DNA of 64,000 bases from Octopus sinensis (GCF_006345805.1 NC_043020.1:3844001-3908000); one strand, 5' to 3'; numbered from the stretch's first letter, positions 1-12,604 are shown. The notes: generated from the sequence alone by a model not told the origin. A program made the numbers and translations.

Positions 1-223
1 GCTAGCAGAAACATTAATGTGCTGGGCGAAATGCTTAGCAGTATTTCATCTGCCGTTACGTTCTAAGTTCAAATTCCGCCGAGGTCGACTTTGCCTTTCA
101 TCCTTTCGGGGTCGATAAATTAAGTACCGGTTACGCACTGGGGTCGATGTAATCGACTTAATCCCTTTGTCTGTCCTTGTTTGTCCCCTCTATGTTCAGC
201 CCCTTATGGGTAGTAAAAGAAAT
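1..223 (+). mobile_element. tRNA-headed SINE, family A (5'-truncated by window edge)
   Basis: GTTCTAAGTTCAAATTCCGCCGAGGTCGACTTTGCCTTTCATCCTTTCGGGGTCGATAAATTAAGTACC core with B-box-like GTTCAAATTCC; near-identical copies at 15408-15637, 17707-17920, 33131-34070, 46843-47570 (+) and 11290-11445, 32400-32590, 49140-49352, 53822-54031 (-). Confidence 0.85.
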
Positions 224-286
224 CAAAAAAAAAATCCCATCACCATCACTGTCATTACCATGTCCACATTCTTAAGCTGACATGGT

Positions 287-590
287 ATGGATAAGACTTT
301 TTGGGGTAGTATTCAATGGCTGGGTGGCTTTTTTGACACTGCTTGTATGACAGTGACACTCATTTACAACCATCACACAATGTCAAGGCAACGAGACACA
401 AACATACACACATATACAACAAGCTTCTTTCAGTTTCCATCAACCAAATATACTCGCAAGGCTTTGGTTGACCCATGGCTATAATAGAAGATACTTACCC
501 AAGGCGCCATGCAGTAGGATTGAAACTGAAACTATGTGGTCGGAAAGCAAACATCTTAAGCCACACAGCCATTCCTGTGCCTATCAATAA
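287..590 (-). mobile_element. SINE family B (tRNA head, CCTTGGGCAAG core motif), degenerate
   Basis: Reverse complement matches the fuller copies at 19026-19412 and 34583-34915. Confidence 0.7.
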
Positions 591-1353
591 ATAGAACCCC
601 CCCCCCCCCTTAAATGTGGGGGAGGGGTGAGATGGGTTTCTGTACAGGTTCCATCAATTAAACTCACCATGCACACTGTAGAGGTCAGCCGAATCTACAG
701 TGGGATTGATCCCAAAACCATATGACTGCTAAGCGAGTCTCTTAACCACAAAACCATGCCTGAGCCTACCAACTTGCAGAGAAAAGAAACCTTTGAATAA
801 TGTACTTCTAGATACACTACTCTCTGAAACAAACACACCATAGCTGGAATACCTCAATTCAGGCAGCCAGTTTAACCAACCCAACACTTCTACTTCTCTC
901 TCTCTGCATGGTGGTCGTGGTGGTACACATAGATGTTTACATGACCTCTAACAGCCTGAAACAATCAACTTGATTTGAGTACTACTACTACTGCTATGGT
1001 GAGGTGAAGCACCACTTTTCTTTGGTTATCTATAACAACCTCTCATATATATAATCTAACCCTCATGCATGAAAAAATGTGGCTATCAAATACAAATAAC
1101 ATCACAGACACATACAGCTAATATAGTGTGTTGTATATTACAGCAGACACATTTCTTTCTATGATGTACATGCATGTACATCATATATAAATTAATCCAG
1201 ATGCACTTCTGCACACACAGATGCCAAAGCACACCACACATCTCACCTCGTATATAGACAAGTATATTCAGGGTGTTTAGATGACTTTCTCTTGATGACT
1301 TTTTATATCTTTTCTTTTTCAGGAACAGCAGCATTGGAAAGCATAAAGATTAA

Positions 1354-1543
1354 CCCTTTAACCAATTACAATCCAAACCAGCCACAATCCAGACCATAGA
1401 TTCTACCAGTTGTATGTTGAAACTGGCCAGATCCAGCCTCTCACACCTACCTTGCAATGTCATTCTAAAAATAAACAATCACATCATTGAAATTTCAAGG
1501 TTCTGTGATAATACTTGATTAAATCAATATGAATGCTAAAGGG
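1354..1543. mobile_element. piggyBac-like MITE
   Basis: TTAA-CCCTTTA ... TAAAGGG-TGAA termini; related copy at 10995-11216. Confidence 0.55.
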
Positions 1544-1759
1544 TGAAAGTTGTTGTTGAGAAAAAGCAGATGTGAAGAGCTGAAAGCCATCTGAGGTATT
1601 GGAAAACAGTTATGTGTATCATAACAGGTTGCACTAAGTGTCAACATGCCAACATCACGATTGCTGCTCAATGCTCTGTGAACACTGCAAAGGCCATAAG
1701 ATGTGACATGGACAGCAACAACAGCCATGGCCAGCAGAAAGGGACATTGTAGGTGTTGG

Positions 1760-2362
1760 ACTGCATGCACACTGCATGTGAGACAAAGTGAGTGAAGACC
1801 CGAGTAAGGAAATCTAAGCTCTTATGGGAGATGGGTGTTGAAGTTGCTACCATGAAGAGGAGCTTGAATGAAGGCCTTTGCTACCATTCATACAAGGGGC
1901 ACAAGGGACAAATTCTGACAGCCAAGGCCAAAGAGAACTGCTTGAGAAAGGCAAAGAAGCTTCTGAACAAACTGAGGCAACCTGTTGAACTGGGGATCAA
2001 TCCCCTGGTTCTTCTCAGGTGAGAAGAACTTTTGCCAGGACTGGTTGCACAACATCCAGAACAACAGGTGAGATCCCAGGTACCATGAAAACCAAGTTTC
2101 CTCAAACTGTGATGGTCTTTGGGTGCTTCCAATGAGAGTGATATTATGCTACCCCACATCTTTGAACAGGGCCTTAGACTCAATTCAGATGGCTATGCGA
2201 GGCTACTGGAGACTGGGTCAAACCCTGGTTGGAACAGGTTGCCGCTGGAAGGCCATATATGGCTGTAGGCTTTGACACCTTGCTGTACCCTCAGAAAGAG
2301 TTAGAAGAGGTTGTTGGAGAATTCCTACAACTTTCCCAGCCCCAATTTCTAGCCTAATCCTC
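1760..2362 (+). mobile_element. Tc1/mariner DD37D (maT-like) transposase remnant
   Basis: Frameshifted peptides KGQILTAKAKENCLRKAKKLLNKL, FFSGEKNF, MKTKFPQTVMVFG, PHIFEQGLRLNSDGY. Confidence 0.75.
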
Positions 2363-2602
2363 GCAGTTGGAACTGGCCAGGAGCAGGCGTCCACTGGGAT
2401 GGTCGGCAGCCCAGGTCGGTGAAGCAGTCCTCCTCGTTAGATGCAGGTGGAGTGTTGCAGAAAAGCGCACACACACACACATTCATATACATATACACAC
2501 ATATATTTACACTCGCACATACATATACATATGCACACATACATACATACATAGTACAATATAAGAGAAACTGATAATGAGTGTATAAAGTCATGACCGA
2601 AA

Positions 2603-2940
2603 TATGAGGGTGAGTCAATAAGTGATGCCATTTTGTTTAGGACAGGTATAATTACCAACACAGGAACATGTATCATGCATCAAAATGAAGCTGGTCCTCT
2701 GTGGATCACATCCCTACTTCTCAACATAGTCACCGTTTCTCTCAATAGCAACGTTCCACCTTCGAATGAGGGCATGTATCCTTGCCCCGTAAAATTCTGT
2801 TGACTGTTTTTGAGCCACTTCTTCACTACAGTTTTCACTTCCTCGTCACTGGACTATCATCTCTTTGGACCCATGAAAGAGGGTTTGAGAGGCAAACATT
2901 ATTCCAGAGATGAGGAAGTGAAAACTGTAGCGAAGAACTG
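2603..2940. mobile_element. mariner 3' end with internal foldback
   Basis: TA-TGAGGGTGAGTCAATAAG TIR-like end; DYHLFGPMKEGLRGKHYSRDEEVK on + (2852-2930) inverted against 2816-2853. Confidence 0.7.
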
Positions 2941-3044
2941 TACTCTTCAAAATTTGCACTAAGAATAAGGACAAGGTAAAATTACTACCTGCTTTTATAG
3001 TAAGTTGATACAGGTAAATTGTCCTGTCCCCCTCCAACTTTTAG

Positions 3045-3139
3045 TTCATGGAATTGAAAAAACTGCATTATTATGGGATGACCCAATACTAAATGCAGAC
3101 CGTTCCTTTGTAGCTACTATTTGCACTATGCTAAGGAAA
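3045..3139 (+). CDS. weak candidate host exon (xHGIEKTALLWDDPILNADRSFVATICTMLRK)
   Basis: Pyrimidine-rich ...CCAACTTTTAG acceptor, GTAACT donor, 95 nt open in one frame; no homology recognised. Confidence 0.15.
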
Positions 3140-3389
3140 GTAACTCAAATACAGTGAAAAGATAGTGGTTAGATGTGGTGGTGGTGGTGGAGGTAACATG
3201 ATGTTGGCATTGATAATGGTGAACGGGGAGAAAATAGAGAGGGAGGGGAGGGTTGAAAGAGAAGAAATTAGCATTCACATAACTGAGTTAGAGAGAAAAA
3301 AAAACTGAGGAAAAAGAGAAAATAAGAGATAATAATGGTAAACAATGGCGATGGCAGTAGTTTTGATGTTTGTTTGTTGTTTGTGGTGA

Positions 3390-4100
3390 ATGAAGAGGAT
3401 TTTTGTGACAAATTCCTTCTGCAAAAACCATTTTAATTTGTTTGATGGTTTGCTGAAGGAACTCAAAACGGCAACTTCAGTATCACAACCATAACTGATG
3501 ATTTTAACGGACATGTTTGACAATACTGTGGTGGATTTTCTGGAGTACTTGGAATCAGGGCCAGTGCTAGAAAGTACAGGGTCCAATTAGAGAATTACAA
3601 GGGGGCCCCACCTGCTCTTCAAAAGCTGAAGACTGATGTTTTATTCTTCTTGTAGTACACCAGTCCCAGCCAAAAAGCATTCAGGGCTTGATACAAAAAT
3701 TTCATGATAGTATCCTGTTTGAGCATGTGTGCTAGGCCCTCTCTTGGCGCAGGACCCAATTTGAACAAACCTGTCTAACTGGCTTAAAACTAGCCCTGCT
3801 TGGCAGTTATGGGTTTGGTACAAGGGTACCATAACAACTAGAGTTTTGTAATGCAAATGATCTAGTGGTTTGAAACAAAACCTTCAGGAAATTACTCAGT
3901 CACCTGGTCACTTAACAATCAGGTGAGCACACCAGAAATGTAGATTTTATTCTCATCAGAAAGTGGGCGAGGTAGATGGCTTTAAATGCCATGCCTTTCC
4001 AGGGGAAGAATATATTTCCCAGTACAGACTAGTGGTTAGCGACTTCAAAATAAGGGCTACTTCACCTTAGATACAAAAGATGATTTAGAGGAGGAAGACT
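3390..4100 (+). mobile_element. RTE LINE AP-endonuclease remnant
   Basis: DFNGHV, SHLVT..SGEH..DFILIRK and FPGEE..QYRLVVSDFKI-like motifs across frameshifts. Confidence 0.65.
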
Positions 4101-4419
4101 TGCAAGTTGAAATAACCATCTTTGAGGTTTTAACTGATGCTTTACATCAAGAGAGTAGAGGAGACAGCAAAAGCAAAACTGACAGTTTGGGGGGGGGTTA
4201 TCTGCTGCTAGTGAGTACAATGTCTCATACACAAACACATGGAACAGGCTTCCATAAAGTTTTTGTCAACCAAATTTCACTAACTGGAATTGTTGACAGA
4301 AGATACCCGTCCCATGGTGCTGCGATGAAATTGAACCCAGAACCTCTCAGTCAATACAACCATGTCTGCAATCATTGTTTGCAGATGTTAAAACTGGTAC
4401 TCTGTCGGTTAAAACAATG

Positions 4420-4670
4420 AGGGTTCCAATTGATCTGAACAACAAAACAGCCCCAGCTTGTGAAATTAATGTGCAAGTGGCTGAGTACTCCACAGACACA
4501 CACGTAGCCTTAGTGTAGTTCTCAGGGAGATTTGGCATGACACAGAATGTGACAGGGTTGGCCCCCTTTCAATTACAGGTACAAATCATTTTTACCAGCT
4601 GAATGAACTGGAGCAACATGAAATAAAGGGTCTGGCCCAAGGGACACGATGTGCAGCCAGGAATCGACCT
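4420..4670 (-). mobile_element. SINE family D (tRNA head, CCTTGAGCAAG motif)
   Basis: Reverse complement matches 51783-52060; other copies at 11585-11860 and 27075-27310. Confidence 0.7.
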
Positions 4671-4791
4671 TATGACCTTATGACCTATGGCTTATGACCT
4701 ATGGCTTATGACCTATGGCTTATGACCTATGGCTTATGACCTATGGCTTATGACCTATGGCTTATGACCTATGGCTTATGACCTTATGACC
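4667..4791. repeat. 14-bp tandem repeat (CTTATGACCTATGG)x7
   Basis: Direct reading of the sequence. Confidence 0.9.
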
Positions 4792-6217
4792 TAACTACTA
4801 AGCCTCGCACCTTCACAAAAAAGAAAAATGATGTAAAACATCTTTGACCAATAAGAGATTGATAAATGTCTTATAATAGCATTTTACTATGATAACATCA
4901 ATGTCAGATAAAAGAGATGAGAAGAGAAAAAGAAATGGAAAAATGAAGGAAAAAAAATAGATGAAATATTAAAGAAAAAGTAAAAAAAAGCAAAAGAAAG
5001 TTTTTTTTTATGAGAATCAAATAACATTAAATAAAGGATTTTAAAAATGCCTGGAGTTTTATCCTTTTTTTAAATTTTAATTTCCATTCAAAATATCAAA
5101 TTTATTTGCTGAAGCTTAAGTTTTGATTTGAAGGGATTCCATCTGGTTCTCTCTCCACAGATTCCCTTATTTAGGGCACTCACCTCTTCCAACCTCTCTC
5201 ATTTTCCTTCTCTGTTTCTCTTCTATTTTCCCCTTTAACGATTCCCTTGCTTTCTTCTTCTATATTTTCTCTCTTTTCGTTTCCTTCCTCCAGATTCATT
5301 CTCACTCTCATTCTTTCATTCGTCGTCTCTCGCACCCTGAGTCCCCCCTCCTGCCCCCCTCCCTCTGCCACACAGAATCCTGTTTTCTATCAGCTTCTAT
5401 TAACTCTCTCTCTCTCTCTCTCTGTATATGTTCCTAGTTTCTCTCCCTCATTTGCTCACCCTTTCAAATCCTTCCATATTTGCTTTTTGCTTTCTTTCGT
5501 CATCCCCCCCCCACCATATATCCCTCCTTTCTGGCATTTCCACTATGTTCCAGAATATAAATCAGCGTGTGTGTGTGTGTGTGTATGTGTGTGTGTGTAT
5601 GTGCATGTGTGATGTAAATCACATCACATGTGATCCAAATATTATAGGACAGCTGAATATATTGACATATATCAACCTTTCCACCTTTCCCCTCTCCAAA
5701 CACAAAGAAACACACATACAGATATATATATATATATACACTAGCAGAATTACCCAGTAATACCCATAAAAGCAGGGGGCTATTTCCAGTCCCCGTTTCA
5801 TGTCCTATCCCATTCTCAGTTCAGTTCCCATTTAAATTAGGAATAGATTTACAAATACTGGCAAGTTTTGCAGTTGAATCCTAAAACTGATTGATTGTAA
5901 TGGTAAGGTAATATCAAGGTGGAATTGCTGGATGGTTGGAAGGATGAGAGGATTGACGATGTGCGACTATGAAGCGATTGATCATCATCATCATCGTTTA
6001 ACATCTGCTAGTTGACAGCAGCATGATAAATAAGGCAATTAAGGATAAGACAGGAAAAACCACCTGGTCTATTAGGGGGTTACTGCTGAGATACTTAGAA
6101 CATCTGGCAGAGTAGCATACTTGTACATTAAAACAGGTCACTGAGGAAGGTGTCATCCCTAAAGATTGCTGTAATATTATAGGCAGTCGCTACAAGGGTG
6201 AGGGAGATACCTTAAAT

Positions 6218-7681
6218 CAGTGTCTCTCAACCATTTTTATCAATAAATCCCTTTGATTCCTATTTTACTTGGGTGAACCCTCCTAGCCATTGGACTTTAA
6301 AAAAAATCTTATATGATATTTTTATAATCAAATATTATTAGGGATTGTATAAAAAAAAATATCAAAATATTTTGTGTATTGTACGGAGTGTCCCCGAAAG
6401 ATTTGCCCAGGTTTATGACTCTTCCTAAAAAATATTGGTCCAGATGATGTTATCTACATTTTACATGAAGCTTTGCATATGTCTTTTGTTCCTGTATCTA
6501 ATTGTTTGATTCATCTATAACATGGTGCCAAAAGCAAAACGTGACCAGATTGTCACTTCGAAAACAGCTGAAATGAGCAACAAGGACAGAGCAAAACAGT
6601 TGGATGTGTGTCATAAAACAGTGTCCAATACCTGGAAATGATATATGGAGGCCGCTACTACCTCCAGCAAGCCAATTCCTGGTAGGAAACGATCAATTCA
6701 TACCAAACAAACTGTTGAAGCTGTGAAGAAGTGAGTGCAAGAAAAGCTGCAAAAGCTCTTGATATTTCGAAATCGTCAATTCAGAGGATTTCTAAAGAGG
6801 ATTTAAAGCTAACTGCAAACAAGAAACAATCCCAGCAATTTCAGAAGCTTCCAAGAAGAAAGAGCTTGACGAGGGTAAAACCATTTTAGCTGAGAGGAAG
6901 CGTGCCACTAACAAAGTGTTGATGTGGTCCACCGAGATCTTCACTGTGGAGGCTGTTACCAACAGGCAGCATGACAGGTTTTATGCACGTAATGCAACAG
7001 ACTTGCCTGAAGGTAGCAGAAGTTATTTACATCTCAGAAGCCAGCTTCACTCATGGTGTGGGCCACAGTTGCATCTGATGGGTCCAAGTTACCCTTGATC
7101 TTCATCAAGGTCAACAGTAAAGTTTATGTGGAAATACTGGATGGGAAAGTGCTACCCTGCATCATAGAAACCTTTGGTGACTGTCACATTTTCAAGATGG
7201 GGTTCGAACTCACATATCCAATTTGACACAGAGGTGGTGCAAAGAGCATTTCAGTGGATTTTGGGACCAGACAATATGGCCCTCCTCAAGTCCAGACGTT
7301 AATCTCATGGACTTTGCTATCTGGTCCATCTTAGAGAGTACTGTTTCTGTTCACTCCTATTCAAATGTGTCAGATCTGAAGTAAACTCTTCTGTCTTCAT
7401 GGGTCAAATTGGATGAAGAGGTGGCACCACACTCATACAACTCAGTGACTACTCATCTGCAGGCTACGATCAAGATAAAAGGTGATCGTTTTGAAATGTA
7501 ATTACTGCAATGGATTGGCAATTTCCATTAGAACAGGTGTGCCAAATTTCATTTTTCTACCTTAAGTTTATTTTGAATAATTAAGAAATATCAATGGGTA
7601 AATCTTTCTGGCCCAGCCTGTATAAGCAACTGGAGATAAATTTTAACAAAATCTTGTTTGGACTCCGTTTGAGAACCACTG
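6218..7681. mobile_element. non-autonomous hAT element (MITE) containing a mariner insertion
   Basis: Termini CAGTGTCTCTCAACC / GTTTGAGAACCACTG; degenerate 8-bp TSD CCTTAAAT (6210-6217) / CTTTGGAT (7682-7689). Confidence 0.75.
6384..7620 (+). mobile_element. full-length defective Tc1/mariner DD37D (maT-like) element
   Basis: TA TSDs, 26-bp imperfect TIRs (19/26), HTH region with GRKRS, WSTEIFTVEAVTNRQHDRFYA, VASDGSKLPLIFI, WPSSSPDVNLMDFAIWSILE; stops and frameshifts. Confidence 0.85.
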
Positions 7682-9084
7682 CTTTGGATAGAAGTAAGTA
7701 TAGAGGCATCAAATTGATGAAAGTTAGAGAGTAATAGCCCAATTAATTAGGAACAGAATTAAATGAGATGAAATGCATTTTGGCTTTGTCCCAGGGAGAA
7801 GCACTACTGATGATATCTTCATAATAAGGCAACTGCAAGAGAAGTATTTAGCTAAGAATAAACCATTGTACTTGGCATTTGTTGACCTGGAGAAAACCTT
7901 CAACAGAGTACTTAGCTTTGTGTAAATGGTCATCTCTGAGGAAGCTAGGGATAGAAGAATGACTTGTGTCCCCTCCTATTCATCATCAATGGAATTTAAG
8001 ACTGGTTGTCCATGGGAACGACTATATGTTGATGATCTTGTTCTTATAGCAGAATCTTTAATGGAACTAGAGAAGAAATTCCGAGAGTGGAAGAAAAATT
8101 TGGAATTGAATAACCTTAAAATTAACAAAGACTAAGGTTTTAGTAAGCAAAAATAAAAATTAATGGCTCTGCTGAATACCTAGGAAAGGTGTAGGTAGGA
8201 ATTCCATTTGGTATACCCAGTGCAAGCTGTGAACCCACAAGGGGTACGATAGAATCACAAGAAGGTTAACAGAAGACGTAGTCTTTATGCTTGGAAGCTG
8301 CACAAGAACCATTAAGGCTACACATAAAACGGATTTTCTCAGATGCCCCAGAGGCTCTCTAGAGTAGAAGATAATTTGCGTTAAGGAGATGATGAATGTT
8401 TGCAATGTCTGGCATTTTGCTCAAGAAAACCCCGTCCACTGCAGCATTCTCTCCACCCCATCAACCTTCTTTCCCACTTCTCTTCTTTATCTAGGGTATT
8501 ATTTGGCAATGATAATCACTTGAGAGCAGAATAGACATCATACTTCATCCCCGCTCCCCCTTGGTTACCTTCCTCTTCTTCCTCATCCCAGAACCACTTC
8601 CATTTATAATTATCTTCCCTGCCCACTGGTTCCACCAATCATCACCTGTTTGTGCCTTCAGCCACGGCCCTCTCTCTCTCTCTCTCTCTCTCTCCCCGCT
8701 CTGCTTTACTCCATCTTTAATATCTCTCTTATCCCTCTCAACACCCTCACATATCTACCCATAACACACCCCATACCCACTGAGCCACCCTTGTATCTCT
8801 TACCATCATTTACTACGTTCATTTCTAGTCCATCTCAAACCGGCTTTTCCAGCATTCTAATGAAACTTCCCCATCTATTCACCCCACCACCCACTCAGCT
8901 TCATCCTCTCTATCACTTCACCTATATTCACCCCAAACTGTACTTTCAGGGTATGTCACCATCACCATCACCATCTCTCTCTCTCTCCTCTATCTTTCCA
9001 AGTCACTCTCCCTCCATTCTCTTACAAATGGTGCATCCTGGTTTTTATTCTACAGTAACACTCTTACCTCTATTCCTCTTATTT

Positions 9085-9370
9085 CTTTAACCTCTCATCA
9101 CCTGGCACAAAGCCGCCTCCCTCAATGCTACCCACCCCCCTCCCAGTTGAGGGGGTCTTCGTTTTGCAAGTTACTTGGTGACCCTGCTGGTGCTGGTGCC
9201 ACGCAAAAAGTACCCAAAACACTCTGTAGATTGGCCGGCATTTGGAAGGGCATCCAATCATAGGAACCTCACTAAAGCAGAGAATAGAGCTTGGTGCAAT
9301 CCTCTGGCTTGCCAGTTCTTGTCAAACAGTCTGACCCATGCCAGCATGGAAAATGGACATTAAATGATGA
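9085..9370 (+). mobile_element. SINE family C (GGAAGGGCATCC core, RTE-like 3' tail ...GCATGGAAAACGGACGTTAAACGATGATG)
   Basis: Shared motifs with 21270-21605, 21955-22362 (+) and 9400-9570, 27320-27605, 29345-29450 (-). Confidence 0.7.
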
Positions 9371-10394
9371 CAATAATACACACACACACACACACACACA
9401 TTCATGCTGGCATGAGTTGGAGTTTGACAAGTACTGGCAACCTGGAAGGCCACACTGAGCTCTCTCAGTTTCGGCATGGTTTTTTTTTCATGGCTGGATG
9501 CCATCATCACACAAACCATTTTACAGAGTGTACTGGGTGCTTTTTTCAAGCCTCTGAGGGGCAGCGTTACTTGCAAGGCAGGAAAGAAAAAACCCCGGGG
9601 GAGGAAGAAGGAAGATAGCTCCCACTCTAAAAAGTGGAATATTTGAGAGGGTTAAGATGGAGGTGGGTGGCAGGTGTTGAGGAACAAGCACAGGTGTCTT
9701 GCTGTGGAGAAGATGCTGAGGAGGACAAAAGGAAGGTAGTGATGGGATGTTAGAGCAAACTGTTGAGGTACAAGAGGCTGGGCATAAGAGAGGATATGGG
9801 TAGGGAGGGAGTGAGAGTGAGAGAGGAAGGAATAATTGATGGTTAAAGGTGGGGGGGGTAGTAGAGGTGCAGTTGAAGGGAAATTCCAGAATGGAGAGGA
9901 TTAAGAGATAAAGAAGTGGCTGAGAAAAGAGAATAGATGAGAAAGTGGTGGGATGATGTGCAAAGTGTAAGGGCTGTGGAGAGGGGGATATAGGGACACA
10001 GGAGGGAGTGTAGTGAGTGAAGCATGACCGATATATATGAGACTGGCATTGAGGAAGATGGCAGATAAGAAGTGTTAAGAATGGAGAATACAAGAAGTGA
10101 GAGGGCAGACAGAGAAAGGAGGTCATTGGTAGATGTAGTGGTGGGCAAGGATGACACAAAATGGAAGTGGTTCAGGGTGTGGGGGATGTAATATATAGAC
10201 ACAAATATTATAATACGCACTTATTTATATATTTTACCTGTGTTTTGTATTGCAAAGTTTGCACAACAGTGCTGCTGCAATTTATTCACTAAAGTTCCAA
10301 ATACATGCAAACGGAAAGATACCTTTTGAAAACAGGATTCAAAATATCAAATACAATGAAAAGTAATTAAGGTTAAGGGACAAAAAATTCTTAC

Positions 10395-10485
10395 CTGTGT
10401 AGACTAAAGTGAATGTCCTTCTCGTAATTTTTGTCAGGTAGCATAATGCTAATGTTTGAAGATGTCCATGGTGGTTCTTCATATT
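10395..10485 (-). CDS. candidate 91-nt host exon (xYEEPPWTSSNISIMLPDKNYEKDIHFSLH or NMKNHHGHLQTLALCYLTKITRRTFTLVYT)
   Basis: Strong acceptor TTTCCTTTTATTTTATTCTTTGCCAG and donor AG|GTAAGA on minus strand; non-repetitive; two open frames; no family recognised. Confidence 0.4.
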
Positions 10486-10994
10486 CTGGCAAAGAATAAA
10501 ATAAAAGGAAATGATAGATAGACTACTTACAGCCATGGCATGGAACTATATTTCCTGGAAAATCTAGGAGCTAAAACTGCTCAGAATGCGGCAGAAATAA
10601 ATTTTAAAATCCTAACCCTGTAATAAGTTAACAACAATAACAATATTAACAATATTAATTACAATAATAATTCTTTCCAACTTTGGTACTAGGCCAGCAA
10701 TTTTACCTGTGATCAACTTGTGCTTATTTTATTGACCCCAAAATATAAAAGGCAAAGTCCAAGCCCAGGGAGAAGGGTAATGCTGTGTATTTCCTACAAT
10801 TTCATGGACCAAAATTACTGAATGGATCCTTATGATATTTGAAACTTAGATTCAATGCATAAGGGCGGGTATAATGCAATATGTTTGGTTTGAGTTTCAG
10901 ATGGTTTAAAGGGGGCAGAACCCCCATGAAAATTCATAAATTTTCGTTGTTTGGTGTTTATGGGTGGTTCAATATGAAGAGGTTTTTTTTTTAA

Positions 10995-11216
10995 CCCTTT
11001 TGTTACCAACCTGCCTGAGACTAGCATTGGTTCTAGGACACAAACATCTTGTTTTAAAGTGATCTAAATTCAAATCTTCCATCAAAATTTCACATTAATT
11101 TAAGTTCCAAGCACCAGCTTCATAATGACAAAATCCTTGTGCTAAATTCTTAATTATTTAAAAAATTAATCAAAACAAAGGTTGTATATTTCAGCAAAAA
11201 TATGGAAATGAAAGTG
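10995..11216. mobile_element. piggyBac-like MITE
   Basis: TTAA-CCCTTT ... AAAGTG-TTAA termini with TTAA duplication. Confidence 0.6.
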
Positions 11217-11444
11217 TTAAATAATAGAAATAGAATATTTTCAATGTTTCTAAGAGTTACACAAATCTGACACTCTTGGAGCCTAATTACATCAACCCCA
11301 GTACTCAACTGGTACTTGTTTTATCAACCTCAAGAGGGATGAAAAGCAAGGTCAACCTCAGTGAAATTTGAACTCAGAATGTGTAGACAGATGAAATGCT
11401 GCTAAGCATTTTGCCTGGTGTGCTAATGATTCTGCCAGCATGCA

Positions 11445-11445
<1 letters not shown>

Positions 11446-11501
<56 letters not shown>

Positions 11502-11566
11502 TAATAATAATAATAATAATGATAATAATGATGATGATGATGATGATAATGATGATGATGATGATG
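11446..11566. repeat. (AAT)n grading into (GAT)n microsatellite
   Basis: Direct reading. Confidence 0.95.
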
Positions 11567-11911
11567 GACTCTCCAGTCAAGAACAACATATGAGTGTTCA
11601 GCCTTTTGCCGACTGACCTGCACAAATGATTTGTTTATAGTGGTCAAAGTATGTGCCGTGCATTAGGTGAGTCTCTCTGTCCATCAAATTGGCATTGCTT
11701 GACCAGGTGCCGGGCGGTATACGATGAGCCGTGTGTCAAAGTGATTGCAGAGCGGCTTGAGATGAAGCGTTTTGCTCAAGAACACAATGCGCCAGACTAC
11801 GGAATCGAAACCACAACCTCGCAATCGTGAGTGCAACACCTTAACCACTGGGCCATAGCTGGGACTTTAACATTCAGACAGACAGAGTAATAAAAGCTAC
11901 AAGGCCTGATT

Positions 11912-11946
<35 letters not shown>

Positions 11947-11947
<1 letters not shown>

Positions 11948-12130
11948 ACTGTGATAAGAAAGTCAAAATGAGAGGGAGAGAGAAAATACCAAAGTGTCAG
12001 GACGTAGCCATTGAGTTAGAGAGGCAATGGAAAGTGTGGGTAAAATGTACCCCTGAAGTTATAAGTGCATTAGGAACTATCCCAAAAGATTTGAACAGAT
12101 GGATAAAGAAAATAGGCATAAAACCTAGTT
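11947..12130 (+). mobile_element. R4/Dong-like restriction-like endonuclease fragment (second family)
   Basis: EREKIPKCQDVAIELERQWKV...VISALGTIPKDLNRW resembles the RLE C-terminus; follows an (AGT)n tract. Confidence 0.55.
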
Positions 12131-12171
12131 AAATAATAATAATAATAATAATAACAATAATAATAATAATA

Positions 12172-12604
12172 AAATGAGAAAGCAACCATACTCTGGGATA
12201 TGCCGATACACACAGATAGAGAAATTAAGGCCAACAGACCAGATATAGTTGTCAGAGATCATGAAGAAAACAAATGCTTTCTAATTGATGTATGAATACC
12301 AACAGATGACAATGTTTCTCTAAAAGAAATGGAGAAACTTTCAAAATACAAAGACCTGGAAATAGAGGTAACTCGAATGTGGAATCTAAAAACAGAAACA
12401 ATTCCTATCATAGTAGGCGTATTAGGTATGATAAAAAAATATTCAGACAAATACATAACAAAAACACCAGGACTTACAACACATATAACATACAGAAAAT
12501 TGCACTACTGGGCACTGCACACATCCTATGCAAAACACTTTCAATACAGTAACCATCAGAGCTCAGTAGTGAAGTGAAAGCACGCTATAAAAATAAAACT
12601 ACTG
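12172..12604 (+). mobile_element. R4/Dong non-LTR retrotransposon 3' end (RLE domain + 3' UTR)
   Basis: ATILWDMPIHTDREIKANRPDIVVRD...KLSKYKDLEIEVTRMWNLKTETIPIIVGVLG; flanked by (AAT)n on both sides. Confidence 0.85.

Larger units (their letters stand above)
6020..8400 (+). mobile_element. RTE LINE reverse transcriptase region, split by nested DNA transposons
   Basis: EGVIPKD..YKGEGDT | DRSKYRGIKL, HFGFVPGRSTTDDIFIIRQLQEKYLAKNKPLYLAFVDLEKTFNRV, LYVDDLVLIAES, and the Cys-rich RKGVGRNSI..QCKL..HK insert typical of some RTEs. Confidence 0.85.

Noticed and set aside
1247-1350. Minus-strand donor at 1247 and strong plus-strand acceptor at 1322
   Set aside because: No matching partner site with an open frame, even after removing the adjacent MITE.
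8561-10220. Pro/Leu/Ser-rich ORFs of 125-212 aa
   Set aside because: Low-complexity polypyrimidine/polypurine sequence with no recognisable domain.
10531-10554. 24-nt micro-exon upstream of the 91-nt candidate (GTAAGT donor at 10530)
   Set aside because: It would need a 45-nt intron, and every phase creates a stop on joining.
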